Made by a program: the position numbers and the translations under genes. From assembly GCA_017499595.2 (NCBI GenBank), contig CM039003.1, positions 1,364,001 to 1,428,000 of the forward strand: a DNA stretch of 64,000 bases, written 5' to 3'. This document shows, in pieces, positions 52,186 to 64,000 of this stretch (its first letter is position 1; every line of letters starts with the position of its first letter). Under the pieces are notes generated by a model that searched no databases, had not been told where the DNA came from, and saw only the letters and a program-made list of their open reading frames with translations. Source of the DNA: Psilocybe cubensis. Lineage: Eukaryota.

Positions 52186-53806
52186 TCAATCGTATCCGTT
52201 TTTGCCTGGAACGACACCAAATGCAGGTCCTCCCCGTCCAAACATTTTGCGTAAATCACTGGCCAATTCATGTGGTTGCTCGTGCGCCGCAAAGTGGCCC
52301 CCTTTTTGGTGGTCAGATTCAAAAACTAGGTTGGGTGCTTTGAGCCACCTGAGAGCGTTTGAATTTAATCAGATTAATGATATGCACATATTATGGCTTC
52401 AACGTACTTGCGAGGAAGGACAATGAGCTCTTTCGGGAAATAGGAGTGACCCATTGGGGTGGTTGTTGGCTGAGGGGTAATACCGGTAAGGAATGTTGGA
52501 TTCGCATTAGAAACCTCGTAATATATTCGCACTGATGCTGCGGGCCCGGCGCGCGAAAACCAGTATATGGAAATCCAAGTTAACACTGGATATAACGCTC
52601 AACCTCAAGCTGGACAGGGAATATAGTTGGGAAAGTTCGTACCTTCATCATCCTCCCAGGGATAATTGTCAGTCCATGTAACCAACTTTTCGTATATCCA
52701 TCCTAGCAGACCGACAGGAGAATCAGCCAAACTGTAGCCTAGGGTCTGTGGCTGAGTCGCCTGTTCATGGAAATATCCACTCGACTTCTGATGGTACCAC
52801 TGTGATCTTTCGAGACCTTTCTTGTCAGCTGCAGTGAGTCCCGAGAATAATTGAGAAAGATAGGTTAAAGGATTGCGAATTGGATGAGGAGGCGGTGCTC
52901 TTGAAAAAAAAGTTCCAGCCCGTAAGATACTGAGACGATGTTATTTAGATTGTCTATACTTACAAAGCGATATTTGTATGCCATGCTTTGCAGTGCTTTT
53001 GACCATATAACTGAACCAACCGGCGAGTGATCTGTCAATGCATTGTACGTTAAAGCCGAGACGTATTTTGCGCAAAGTATTTGACCAACAAAAAAGCCCC
53101 AATCCCCTCCTTGAGTGACTGTCAATTTGAAAGGCAAAATAAACAATGGAACGTTGTTGATTACTTATGGCTGAACGAACCGTATTCGTTATACCCGAGA
53201 GCGAGCATCAACTTATTTCCAACCTAAAACCTATTGCGTCAAAATAATACAACTAACAGATGTCTGATAACGATACCTCTGCGAATTGGACAAGTTCGAA
53301 GCCTTTCTTCTTGGGGGCTTCGGAGAATCCATATCCTGGAAGACTAATAGCGACAACATGAAAACTGGGATGGTCTGAAGATCCTTCGGTAAGCAAAGGC
53401 AGCATCTTGCGTATCTCATAGAAGCTTCCAGGCCCTAAACAGTCATTCAATAAAATTGCAACAGGATAGCTAGTAGATTCCACTTACATCCGTGAACGAA
53501 CAACAGGGGAATGGCATCCGTTACGGCACTTTTCTTATGGACGTAGTGGATGTTGAGTTTTCCGAAGCCGTCGACCTCAATATCTCGGGTAAATTGTGGT
53601 AATTCTTCATTGAGTTGTGCCTCGTGTTTTTTCCAGTCATAACCATCTTTCCATCGTGCGACCAGGCGCCGCATGTCAGCCAACGGGGGACCGTAGTCCC
53701 ATCCAGCCCCATCTAATTCATCTGGGAAGACAGTGGCCTCCAGCTTTCGACGAAGTTGATCAATTCGTTCGTCCGAAACCGCAATTTTGAATGGTGCCTC
53801 TGTCAT
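52186..53806 (-). CDS. Epoxide hydrolase (EHN N-terminus + alpha/beta hydrolase, microsomal-EH-like), copy 1
   Basis: [38 protein letters not shown], nucleophile motif [21 protein letters not shown] and GGHFAAHE. Confidence 0.93.
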
Positions 53807-54399
53807 GGGAGATTCCAGGCGAATATCTTACCAGTACTACTTGTGGAGGCAGTGTATACAAGGAAGACCGGTGAGACTGGGTTTGGTTATTGAAAGTTCG
53901 ACAACAGCTATTTGTATACGGTCAGAGAACACCTTGAATTTCTCTAATAGAAGCACAGAAATAGGTCTTTCGCTTCCCATCCCTAGGTACCGAAGGAAGA
54001 ATTTTAATAAACTGTATAGGAACATTCATAAAGCACACACACACAATGAGAAAGCAAGCACATACCACACCGTTAGGTAAAAAGAAGATGCGATTTTTCG
54101 TAATATGTAATTGATATATGGTATTCTGAACAAGATGGTAGTCGGTGAACGTAAAACAATAAACTAGAATGATTTGGGCTTTGGTTAGATGACCTGTACA
54201 GTATAACGCAAGTATGAGCCAACTGAAAACAGCAACAGATGGTGAAAATGGGCGTAATTAGCATTGATTCGAAAAATGAACGGGCCGAAGCAGTGCAGTG
54301 TGTAAATCTGCCAAGGGAACGCGTGTTACAATTAGTTCTCGTTACCAAAACTAAAGTACATGACACGGCGAGGGGTTAATTTCCAGCTCTATGTGATTC

Positions 54400-54696
54400 C
54401 AAGGGGCCCTCCCCGGAGCTTACCGAGAAATCAACCCTACCCTTGAGGTCAAGGGAGTGGCTGTGTTGCTGGTGCAGCAGAGCCTGAAGCTTGAAGGCCT
54501 GACAAGTCACAAGCAAACTACTGCCGTTGCACATTGGTTCATGTAGACCTATGTGAATATATTGTAAGGCAATGAAGCATGCACTTTCTGTCGTCAATAT
54601 TTGAGGTATAATCATTGGATTGTCGCTCAACACAGCCACTCCCTTGACCTCAAGGGTAGGGTTGATTTCTCAGTAAGCTCCGGGGAGGGCCCCTTG
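54400..54696. mobile_element. Non-autonomous DNA transposon (MITE), hAT-like, 297 bp
   Basis: 69-bp terminal inverted repeats at 54400-54468 and 54628-54696 with one mismatch. Flanked by perfect 8-bp direct repeat TGTGATTC (54392-54399 and 54697-54704). Termini CAAGG match the hAT YARNG consensus. Confidence 0.93.
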
Positions 54697-54900
54697 TGTG
54701 ATTCTATTTGCTTGACAGCTAAACGAAGCAAATGTGGCCAAACAAATCTTCGGTGAATCAAGAATGGGTATTGTCCAACTATCGAGGAATGGGAACGAAT
54801 GTATACTAGATTGATTCGTCGCATACCAGAGCTGCACTGTGGACCCAGAGTACATTTCTGTTGCTAGAATTCTGGTTAACAACCCGAGATTTCTCGCGAA

Positions 54901-56544
54901 TTATGCATATCCGTTTTTCCCTGGTACGACTCCAAATGCAGGACCTCCTCGCCCAAACATTTTGCGCAAATCATTCGTCAACTCCTGCGGGCTCTCGTGC
55001 GACGCGAAGTGGCCACCCTTTTCGTGGTCAGATTCAAATACCAGATTGGGCGCTTTAAGCCACCTGAGAGTGTGTTTGCATATGATGAGTTTAATTATAT
55101 GTGCATGATATGGTTGTAGCGTACTTGCGAGGAGGGATGACGAGCTCTTTAGGGAAATAGGAGTGACCCATCGGAATGGTTGTTGGCTGTGGCGTGTTAC
55201 TGTAAAGGAAGCCTGGATATGCTTTTGAAACCTCATAGTATATTCGAATAGATGCTGCAGGTCCGGCGCGAGAAAACCAGTATATGGAAATCCATGTCAA
55301 GACTGAATATACTCATTAACCTCAAACCGGATATGAATAAAAACGAAACAGGCCATACCTTCATCGTCCTCCCAGGGGTAATTGTCGGTGCAAAAAACCA
55401 ACTTCTCGTATATCCAACCGAGCAGGCCAACTGGAGAATCAGCCAAACTGTAACCCAAAGTCTGCGGCTGCGTAGACTGCTCATGGAAATATCCACTCAA
55501 TTTCTCGTAGTACCACTGTGATCTTTCCAACCCTTTCTTTTCAGTTTCAGTATAAGCAGAGAATAGGTGAGACAGATAGGTCAAAGGATTGCGGGTTAGT
55601 GATGGAGGCGGTGCGCTTTATGGAGAGTTAGTGTATAGCAATGGCAAAGGTAATGTATCTAAACCATTTTACTCACAGAGGAAGATTGGTGTGCCATGCT
55701 TTACAGTGCTTAGGACCATACAGTTGTGCCAACCTACGAACTATCTATCAATTTACGCGTGTTGTTAGTATTATGGCATGACTCTAGCAGGATTTAAACC
55801 AACGAAAAAGCCCCAGTCTCCTCCTTGTGCAACTGGCATTGATTGACAGAGATGTGAGTCACAGCATAAAGTCGACAGTTCATTGTGTGATGCAACGAAC
55901 CATATTCATTGTACCCAAGAGCCACCATCAATTTATTCCCAACCTTATGTTTTGGAGATATTATGTCAGATTATTTATATTGCAACGCGAGGTTTGAAAA
56001 CAATACCTCTGCAAATTGGACGAGTTCAAAGCCTTTCTTTTTTGGAGCCTCAGAAAATCCAAATCCTGGAAGGCTGAAGGCGACAACATGGAAACTGGGA
56101 TGATCTGGAGAGCTTTGGGTAAGCAACGATAGGATTTTGCGTACTTCATAGAAGCTTCCGGGCCCTAATATTTGATAAGAGTTAATACAGAATCAAAACA
56201 AGATGGCTCTTGAATTTTCACTCACACCCATGAACAAATAGCAGCGGAATGGCATTTGTTACTTCGCTTTTCTTATGGACGTAATGGATGTTGAGTTTTC
56301 CAAAGCCGTCGACCTCTATATCTCGGGTAAACTGGGGTAACTCTTCATTGAGTTGTGCTTCGTATTTTCTCCAATTATAACCGTCTTTCCATCGAGCAAC
56401 AAGGCGTCGCATGTCGGCCAATGGGGCCCCATAGTCCCATCCAGCTTCATCTAACTCATCAGGGAAGACGGCATCCTCTAGCTTTCGACGTAGTTGGTCG
56501 ACCTGGTCGTCTGAAACGGCAATTCTGAATGGTATCTCTGCCAT
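54901..56544 (-). CDS. Epoxide hydrolase (EHN + alpha/beta hydrolase), copy 2, tandem duplicate
   Basis: Same exon layout as copy 1, with [28 protein letters not shown] and GGHFASHE. Ends GKNGYA*. Confidence 0.93.
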
Positions 56545-57527
56545 GGGAGGTATCAGAAAGAGAATTTTTCTTCTAGGAAAACAGGCCAGTATATATCCAA
56601 GTTTCCGAAAAGGATGAGACTGGTGGGTATAAACGCTGGCATTGTGATTGTTCTAAAGCAACCGGTAACCTTCTTTCTTGAAAGCGATACAAGAATAGTT
56701 GATTTGCTTCCCATCCAGGTGTTAGCGAAGCAAGGCCTTCAGACAGACTGTATAGAAGCAACAAATGTCATGAGAAGAACAGAGCAACTTACCAGACATT
56801 TTGACAACGCAACTGATCAGGTGGAAAGGAGTTGATGACTGGAGAATCATTGCAAGATATTTAAAAGTGATACGCTGAAGCATCCATTCATCCAGGATTA
56901 GGTCTGAGGTCAAGTTTGGGTCCATGTAAAGTTCTGTTAAAACTTTAATAAATTGATTTCGAAGTTGCTTCGACTACGATATTGTAGCGTGTTACGCAGG
57001 TCTACGTACGTACGTAGATGAACAACTGTGCCTGGTTTAGATGAGTACGTACATGCAAATTCTTTTGTTGATAACCAACGTTGTAGCAAATTGGTGCGCC
57101 CAGATTGTACGGAAAGCCGACAGCTAATAATCGGTGATTCGCTGAGTGCGTATAACGTGTCATTATGGAATGAAGGAGGTGTTATGGTGGCCCATGACTC
57201 TCGAAAAATGGGAGTCAAAACTTGCATAGGTATCTTTCCACCGAAGTTCAGAAAAACTAGCTGTTGCTGAGGATAGCTGAGGATTCGATTATGAAGAAAA
57301 ACAAAGATGGCGGCGGCGGCTTGGTGGCGGTTGCCTAGAAGGGCGGCCAGGATAAGCGGGCCGTTCATTGATGGAAATGCCGCCGACCGCCGATCGCGAC
57401 CCATTATCGCGTGCAGTTGCACAACGCCCAACAACGGGTTCACGACCATGTCAAACATTCTCCGAGCATTCTTAACATCTCTACCACCACAATTTTGAAC
57501 ACGTCTAGTTTATCACCTCTTCCTGGG

Positions 57528-59844
57528 ATGAAAGTCGCTGTGGTAGGCTCTGGGGTGTCTGGGTTAGCAGCTACATGGGTGAGTGCACAGCGTGCAGAGA
57601 CCTGTCATCAAGCCCAATTGAATTCTGACAAGAACGCTAGCTCTTGAACGAGTACAGCGACCATGAAGTACATCTTTATGAGTCAGACTACCGACCTGGC
57701 GGGCACGCCAATACCGTGCACTATGTACCGAACGGGAAGGTTTGGGGCGAGGGTGTTGATGTCGATACGTAGGTTGTCCTTGTTGAGACATCGATGCATT
57801 TGGCGAACTGACGTCTTGTTCTTGCAGTGGTTTTGTAAGCCTTTCAGCTCAGAAGATGAACCTACCTCATATATGCGTGTTAGATCGTGTTCAACCCCTC
57901 TACATACCCGAACTTTCTACGTTTCCTTCAGCTCTACCCCACCAAAACGGAAACACGACACAACCTCCTTCCTTCCTGGATCCATACAGAGAAGGGTCCC
58001 GGTGGCAATAAAGGAGACCAAGGAATCCATATTCTCCCTACAGAAATGACGTTCAGCGTATCCAGAGACCGCGGTATTTTTGAATGGGCAGGTAAAAATC
58101 TTGCGACTGTATTTTGCCAGGCCCGGCGTCTGGTCGACCCATCAATGTGGAGAATGATTTATGACGTACTTCGCTTCAATGTTTGCGCCCGACGAATGTT
58201 ACTTAAGGCACCGGACTTGCAAAAAAGCGAGATGTCCATTGGAGAATATTTGCAACAAGAGGGATATTCAGCTGCTTTCCGCAACAACTATTTAATTGTA
58301 CGTCTTCTGTTATCTCTTATCGACAAGTAGAATTTAACCCACTCGTAGCCAATGACTGCAGCAATCTGGAGTACCCCCCCAAATAGTTGCCTCCTTGATT
58401 TTCCTGCTCGTACCTTGGTATGATGAATTTGCAACAACGCGATCACTTCAACTGATCTCTTCATAAGATCCAATTTCTTTACAACCACCATCTCTTGCAA
58501 ATCACGGGCAAACCGTCCTGGCTGACGATTAAAGGAGGCAGGTTCGTCATTACCACAAGTAATCGCGGTTTTTTCACACTTCCTCGCATTCATGTCTTTT
58601 AGCCACAACTACGTGAATAAGATCTTGGAGAAGCTTCCTGGCGAGCAATTGCATCTAGCTTGTCCAGTGGAATCTGTTAGAAACGTTGAACGCTCCGATG
58701 GTGGCAATCCTCAAGTTATCTTATCGACGAAATCTGGGGAAGAGATAACCTATGACCATGTTATCTTAGCTTGTCACTCTGATGCAGCGCTAGACATACT
58801 TCGTAATGGGGGTATAACAGACGAAGAAGAGCGAATTCTCAGCCAATTCGAATGGAATCGAAACGAAGCTGTTTTACATTCCGATGTCAAGGTTTGTGGG
58901 TTTTCCGCAGTTCATAGATATAACAGGACTTAATCAAGTATCAGTTGATGCCCAAGAACCGCAAAGCTTGGTCATGCTGGAATTATCTCTCATTCACAAA
59001 GCCACTTTCTTCTAATGTGGGTCGTAATGTATAGACTGACCGTCCGGTTTCAGAAACTAATCATTTTTGACAGGAAAAAGCTATGGAAGAAAGAGTAGAG
59101 ATTAATGAGGTTTCCTTGTGCGTTCAATCTTAATTATGTTATTCTATAAGATGCTTTACTTATACCAGACAAACTCTAGAACATGTGAGCAACGATGTTG
59201 GAAATTTGAAAATTAACCGACTTTATAACTCAAGGAATTCTAAACTCAGATGGCATGAATGATCTGCAGCACCTTCCGGAGTCGAAATATGGACCTATTC
59301 TTGTGACTTTGAACCCACCGTTCGAGCCTGATAAGGACAAGATTGCAGGCAGGTGGAAGTATGACCACCCAGTCTTGGATACAAAGGTACTGTCCGTTGT
59401 TACTGAGATAAAGTGGAATGTTTCTGATGGACTTCTTAGGCTGTACGGGCGCAGAACGAGATGTACAAGATCCAAAATACGCGTTCGATATCCTATGCAG
59501 GCGCCTATCTTAAGTACGGCTTCCACGAGGACGGCTTCACCTCTGGATTATTGGCTGCTTGCTCCATTGATGATGACCAGAACAGTTTGCCTTCTGCCAT
59601 CGCCTTCACAGCTACTCTCAGCAGCATGTCTATTCCCGTTCGTGGGCTAACTGTTCGCCCACCATTCGATATTCAACATGCTGATCACCATCTTCAATTA
59701 AGTCGCAAGGGCACTAGTAATAGTTTTTACGAACGACTTGGCTGGCTGTTTGACTGGGTTGAACAATCCGGAATCAGACAAATGGTGGGACTTGTCGGTA
59801 GTCTTTTCTTGACAGTGATTGGGTGGTTTCTTGGGATTAATTAG
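57528..59844 (+). CDS. FAD/NAD(P)-binding flavin amine-oxidase-family protein (COG2907 / UfaD-like fatty-acyl modifying oxidoreductase)
   Basis: MKVAVVGSGVSGLAA, GGHANT, VDTGFIVFNPSTYPNF, EMTFSVS, PMTAAIWSTP, FLYNHHLLQ, DHVILACHSD, AWSCWNY, MNDLQ, VTLNP, YDHPV and YGFHEDGFTSGL. Hydrophobic C-terminal tail. Confidence 0.85.
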
Positions 59845-59949
59845 AGATGGTTGATAAGGTTCACCCCGAGTTCGGTCAAGGACAAATATCATATTTTTGT
59901 TGAATATCAGTACTTTACACTGTTCCAATACAACCACCGTTTGACTTTA

Positions 59950-62900
59950 TTACGTACGTCCTTGAGGAGACCATTTCGGGTTGTTTGTCACAACATTGAC
60001 TCCACCGTCGTAGACACCATCAAGTGTAAGCTGAAGGTTTGGAGAAATCCCTGTGTTCGGTTCCATGGCCCACAGCGCGACAGCAACGGTACTGGCCACA
60101 TGTTAGAGCAACAGATAGACAAAGTGATGCAACGATAGTGTGGCTTACTTTTCGCCTTGATAATCCAATATACCTTCGTGGACCGGGAATTTCGATTGAG
60201 GCCTGCCGCAAATCGTAAATTGTGAGGTCTTTCAAGGGTATCTGTCGTCGAACTCACCCTAGATTTGCGACACGTTTGCCCATCATCCATCCATTAACAA
60301 ACAAGAATGCTCTGTATGGCTGGCCCAAAGGCTCCTCAAAGGTAAAGGACAGCATTACATCCAGGCCCTTTGGAATGTTCAGTTTGAATGTAGAGATGAA
60401 AAATCCGACCCCAGCAGCGTCATTGGGGAGGCCTTGCGAAAGGTCGCGCGATATCCATCCTTTGGTGGAAAATCCAGGGAGGTGCCATCCCTGTCGCTCG
60501 CCGAAAAGTCCACCTTCATTCATAACGCCTGTGACAAATGTCAATATACAACAGCCAAAATATACTGCGTCACACTTACCTCTAACTTTATCGGGGAAGC
60601 TGAAGAATATAACTTATAAGAATGCGTTAACTTTGAGCAATGATATATCCTTGCTTACTTCTTGTAACCGCCGATTTTACCTTGCACTTTCCATTCTCCA
60701 AATGTGTTACCGTCCAGAGCAAAGCCTCTAATTCCTCGAGGAGCTTTTGAACTGTCCGTGTTGGCTAGCAAAGTAACGATGAGCTGACTATATCTGTGTT
60801 TTCTTGTGAAAATCTTACATCCTTGAGTTTCATTCAAACCCATGTTATCCTGATCAAATCACTAGTTTCAACAGACAAAAAAATTAACTTGAACTTTAGA
60901 TGAGTTACCTGTACAACTGTGATTATATTGTCTTTACCAGGCACTAAAGCGCCTGATGGGAAGATGAATTTGTCGTCAGTTTCTTCCAGAATGCGGCGGT
61001 TGTTGGTCGAGCTAATTCGTAGAAACGATATTTTATAAGTATGTGAGCATTCACAAGAAATCGATGCCACACACTTTCCAAACGAAGTTCCAAGGAAAAC
61101 ATCGTTAGCCCAGACACTCGCAGCGAAGGCTAAACATAGTTAACTTAGTCATCGACTCGCACAGATAGAATAACCTACCTTCGCCTCCATTAATGGACAA
61201 GTTGACGCTCTTCTCATTTCCGGTGGCAACAAAATGCCCTCTCCAGAGAACGGTATTTTCGCAGCTAGTCAATAGATCCTGTTAGAAAGTCTTCACATGA
61301 TTAGTCTCCCAAAAATAACCTACAATCCATAATCACATCCATAAAGAATCCGTCCATCTCCGTAATATGGTTTCAGAGGTATGTTGGTCGTGGTATGGTC
61401 TGCAACCGTCCAAGATTGGTCGTTAAAAGATTTCTGCACCTCGGGCAAGCTATCTTTGAACTTCCAATTCGTTAATTTTGGGATACTGACGCCGCTGAAC
61501 GATTTGCTGAGTTTGAGCTGCCCTACAAATCCTCCGGAGAATGTGAGAGTAGAAGAAGCTGCCACATCTCCAGTTACGCTTTCGCCATTCCAAGTGATGG
61601 ATCTAATACTCTTCGGAGCGATTACCGATAACCGGACGTCTGTCTTGAGATCTCCTCTGAGAGCAAGCTTCGAGCCGGTGATAGTTGCCTCACGGACAAG
61701 ATATGGACCTCCGACCAATATGGATTCGTTGGTGCCGATCCCCCAATAGTTTCGGTGCGGATCATTCTGTGCTCCTGCTATTACAGGAGACCAGAAAGTG
61801 GCAGCTGTATCCGAGTCTGCGAATAGGACCAATTGTGTGTCAGAGTCCCAAACTGTGACCAATCCTTCAATGCCGTGCAAGAAGCTGACGAGAGTGGTGT
61901 TTTGGGCTAAACCGGTGTTATTGGTGAGTTGAACAAGGGACGCAGGTGTTTGGTGCAAGTTGTTTGGTTTTCCTGTCAACTGAAGCGCTGCTTCGTGATC
62001 CTGTGTTGAATTTCCGTGGAGGAAAAGCACATCGCGCCCATCAATTGTACCGGCAAAGAATATTTGAGCTGTAGAGAAGGCAAGTTTGGAAGATGCTCCA
62101 AAGGCGTAGTCCGTTACAATGACTTTTGATTCCCGGCCTCCAAGGGTTATAGATGGGACGACAATAGGAACCTGCAGGGGTTCTCCTGAGACTGTGACAT
62201 TGAGCTTAAATGTAGTGGTCGCGCTAGATCAGATAGTCCACTATTAGTAATTTGACCATTTCAAAGCAGTAGTATTAGCTACTGACGTCGACGTAGAATC
62301 AGTTTGCCTGGCGATGTAAAAGCCAGCACCAGTGTCAGGGTTTTGTAGGAATGTCACGAAGGCAGCACTATTAGTAGAAGCTTGAAGTCCAGTAGAAGAA
62401 TCTGCCACCCAGTCGGTCTTATAGAATTCACGTGAACTTCGAAGGAAGAGAGCTTGACGTTTGAGTTCATCAGCCTTGGACGTCAGTTCTCGGGATTCAG
62501 TAAACTGCGATTTTAAACATTATTTCGAGAGAAAAAAACAGAACAAAGATCTCACTGTGGCGCCGTAATCATATGAGGTATAAACGCCATGGAAAGGGAG
62601 GGCACCCCAAGACGTTCCCCTAATATCGTGTCAATATGACAAACAAAAATTGTTAATAGAAAGACCGACCCATAAAGCATGTAATAACTGATCAACTTTG
62701 CATTACTGGCCCAAAGCTGCCGATTAAAAACAGATTGGAAATCTGGCCCAGTCAAAACACGACAACCCGCGTAGCCTACAAAGAAATGCGTTTAATATTG
62801 AAGAAAAGCAATAACTTGTATGTGATCATACCTGGTGCGGTTGGACCCCATGCGTCAAAGGACCCGCCCTGGAACTCTGGGGAAATAGTAATATGAGACA

Positions 62901-64000
62901 CATAGTTTATAAATGTGTATATCGACTTGCCTGGAATGTACCATGCCTGAGATGGATTGACCTGGGCATGGTATTGATGGTAATTTGTGGTGACCCCATT
63001 CCATCTCGTGGGGTTCGAGCAGTCAAATCCTTGTGGGTATGAATCAAGCCTTCCAGCAATCTTTAAGACTCAAGCATAGCCAATGAATAAAAGGGAAGTA
63101 CCCATATAAGTCAACAGCACCCTAACAGGAGTCAAAGTTAGTCCAATCAGACAAATAAGAATCTACAACGCCAACTCACGGTGCCATTTATGAAGTTCCT
63201 TCCTTGTCCGGGGTCATTATACGTCAAAGGAACTACAATATTGGAACTTCGATAAACATCCTCAAGTTCAGCGAAATATTCCGCATGTGAGCTGGGGCTT
63301 TGGGAATATTCATTATCTACATTAGTGTAAGCTTCCGCCAGTCAGAAAGCTGTGGTAACAGGACGAACCAACTTGAATAGCTATGGTACTTCATTAGTGT
63401 GTTACGTTCATAAACTAAGTAAACAACGTACCAATTACTGGTCCGCCATTATTGATTTGGTTTGGAGCGGTGACTTCGATAATTCCCTTTATATAGTCTT
63501 GCCATGCAGCTTGCCAATCTGTTGCATTGGTGCGAAGTTGACCAGCAATTTCAGAGGTGGCCCAGTGGGCTATTCCCCCTGCCGTAGTTTCAGCGTTGAT
63601 GTACTGAAGATAATAAGCCTATGCCATAAAGGTCTACACATTCCACTTACGGGACCTACCAATCATCTCAGTATTTGGTATGCCGGGCATGATTTATTGA
63701 ACCTACCAGGGCGAAGGACAATCCAGATGCCTGCTGCTTTTGCAGCATCATAAAGAGGTTGCAATGCTCGGAAGCCTCCGAAGTCGACTACACCAGGAGC
63801 TGGATTGATCAATCCCATGTGAGTATAAACACTAAGCGCATTCATTCCAGCTGCTTTAGCCTTTTCAAGAATGTCTGGCCATAGTGACGGTACGGGGAGC
63901 CTAAAAGTATGGAACTCCCCTGAACTGAAATTGTTTATTGAAAACGAACAAGGTATAGAGTAAAAAAAGTGTCGTACTGTAAAAAGACGCGCTGGCCTTT
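59950..64000 (-). CDS. GH35 beta-galactosidase (fungal multi-domain type), 5' end beyond window
   Basis: SGEFHTFRLP, KAAGMNALSVY, GIWIVLRPGPYIN.E, IQVDNEY, DSYPQGFDC, PEFQGGSFD.WG, YMLYGGTSWG, TSYDYGA and NEGGLFGERQGWHLPG. Confidence 0.93.

Noticed and set aside
56937..57458. 173-aa minus-strand ORF in the EH2/flavoprotein intergenic region
   Set aside because: No motifs. It runs through GC-rich promoter sequence and is probably spurious.
1..64000. Search for RiPP precursors (MSDIN/KEP-like repeats), toxin or psilocybin cluster genes, CRISPR arrays, rRNA/snRNA genes and TGA-CTA readthrough peroxisomal signals
   Set aside because: None recognised by eye. The stop-codon contexts checked did not match the readthrough motif.

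Overview
Eukaryotic, intron-dense fungal genomic DNA. The gene content and short introns (mostly 50-70 nt) point to an agaricomycete mushroom-type basidiomycete. About 29 protein-coding genes could be reconstructed by hand-splicing the ORF fragments. The left and middle parts are mostly housekeeping genes: ERV46/ERGIC3, CitE-like lyase, DUG2, MON1, FYV4/mS41, SNIP1/PML1, a G-patch protein, a PQ-loop transporter and PHB2. Lineage-typical BTB, F-box, GFA and zinc-finger genes and a tandem pair of GH43 arabinanases lie among them. The right third (43-64 kb) is an accessory oxidative block: a GT61-like glycosyltransferase, two divergent cytochrome P450s, two tandem epoxide hydrolases, a COG2907/UfaD-like FAD oxidoreductase and a GH35 beta-galactosidase. 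The clearest unannotated element is a 297-bp hAT-type MITE with 69-bp terminal inverted repeats (TIRs) and a perfect 8-bp target site duplication (TSD), inserted between the two epoxide hydrolases. Other notable points are 5- and 7-nt microexons, several GC-AG introns and a G-patch motif split by an insertion of about 117 aa. No rRNA, tRNA or CRISPR was recognised. Exon boundaries and product calls come from manual motif recognition, not database searches.
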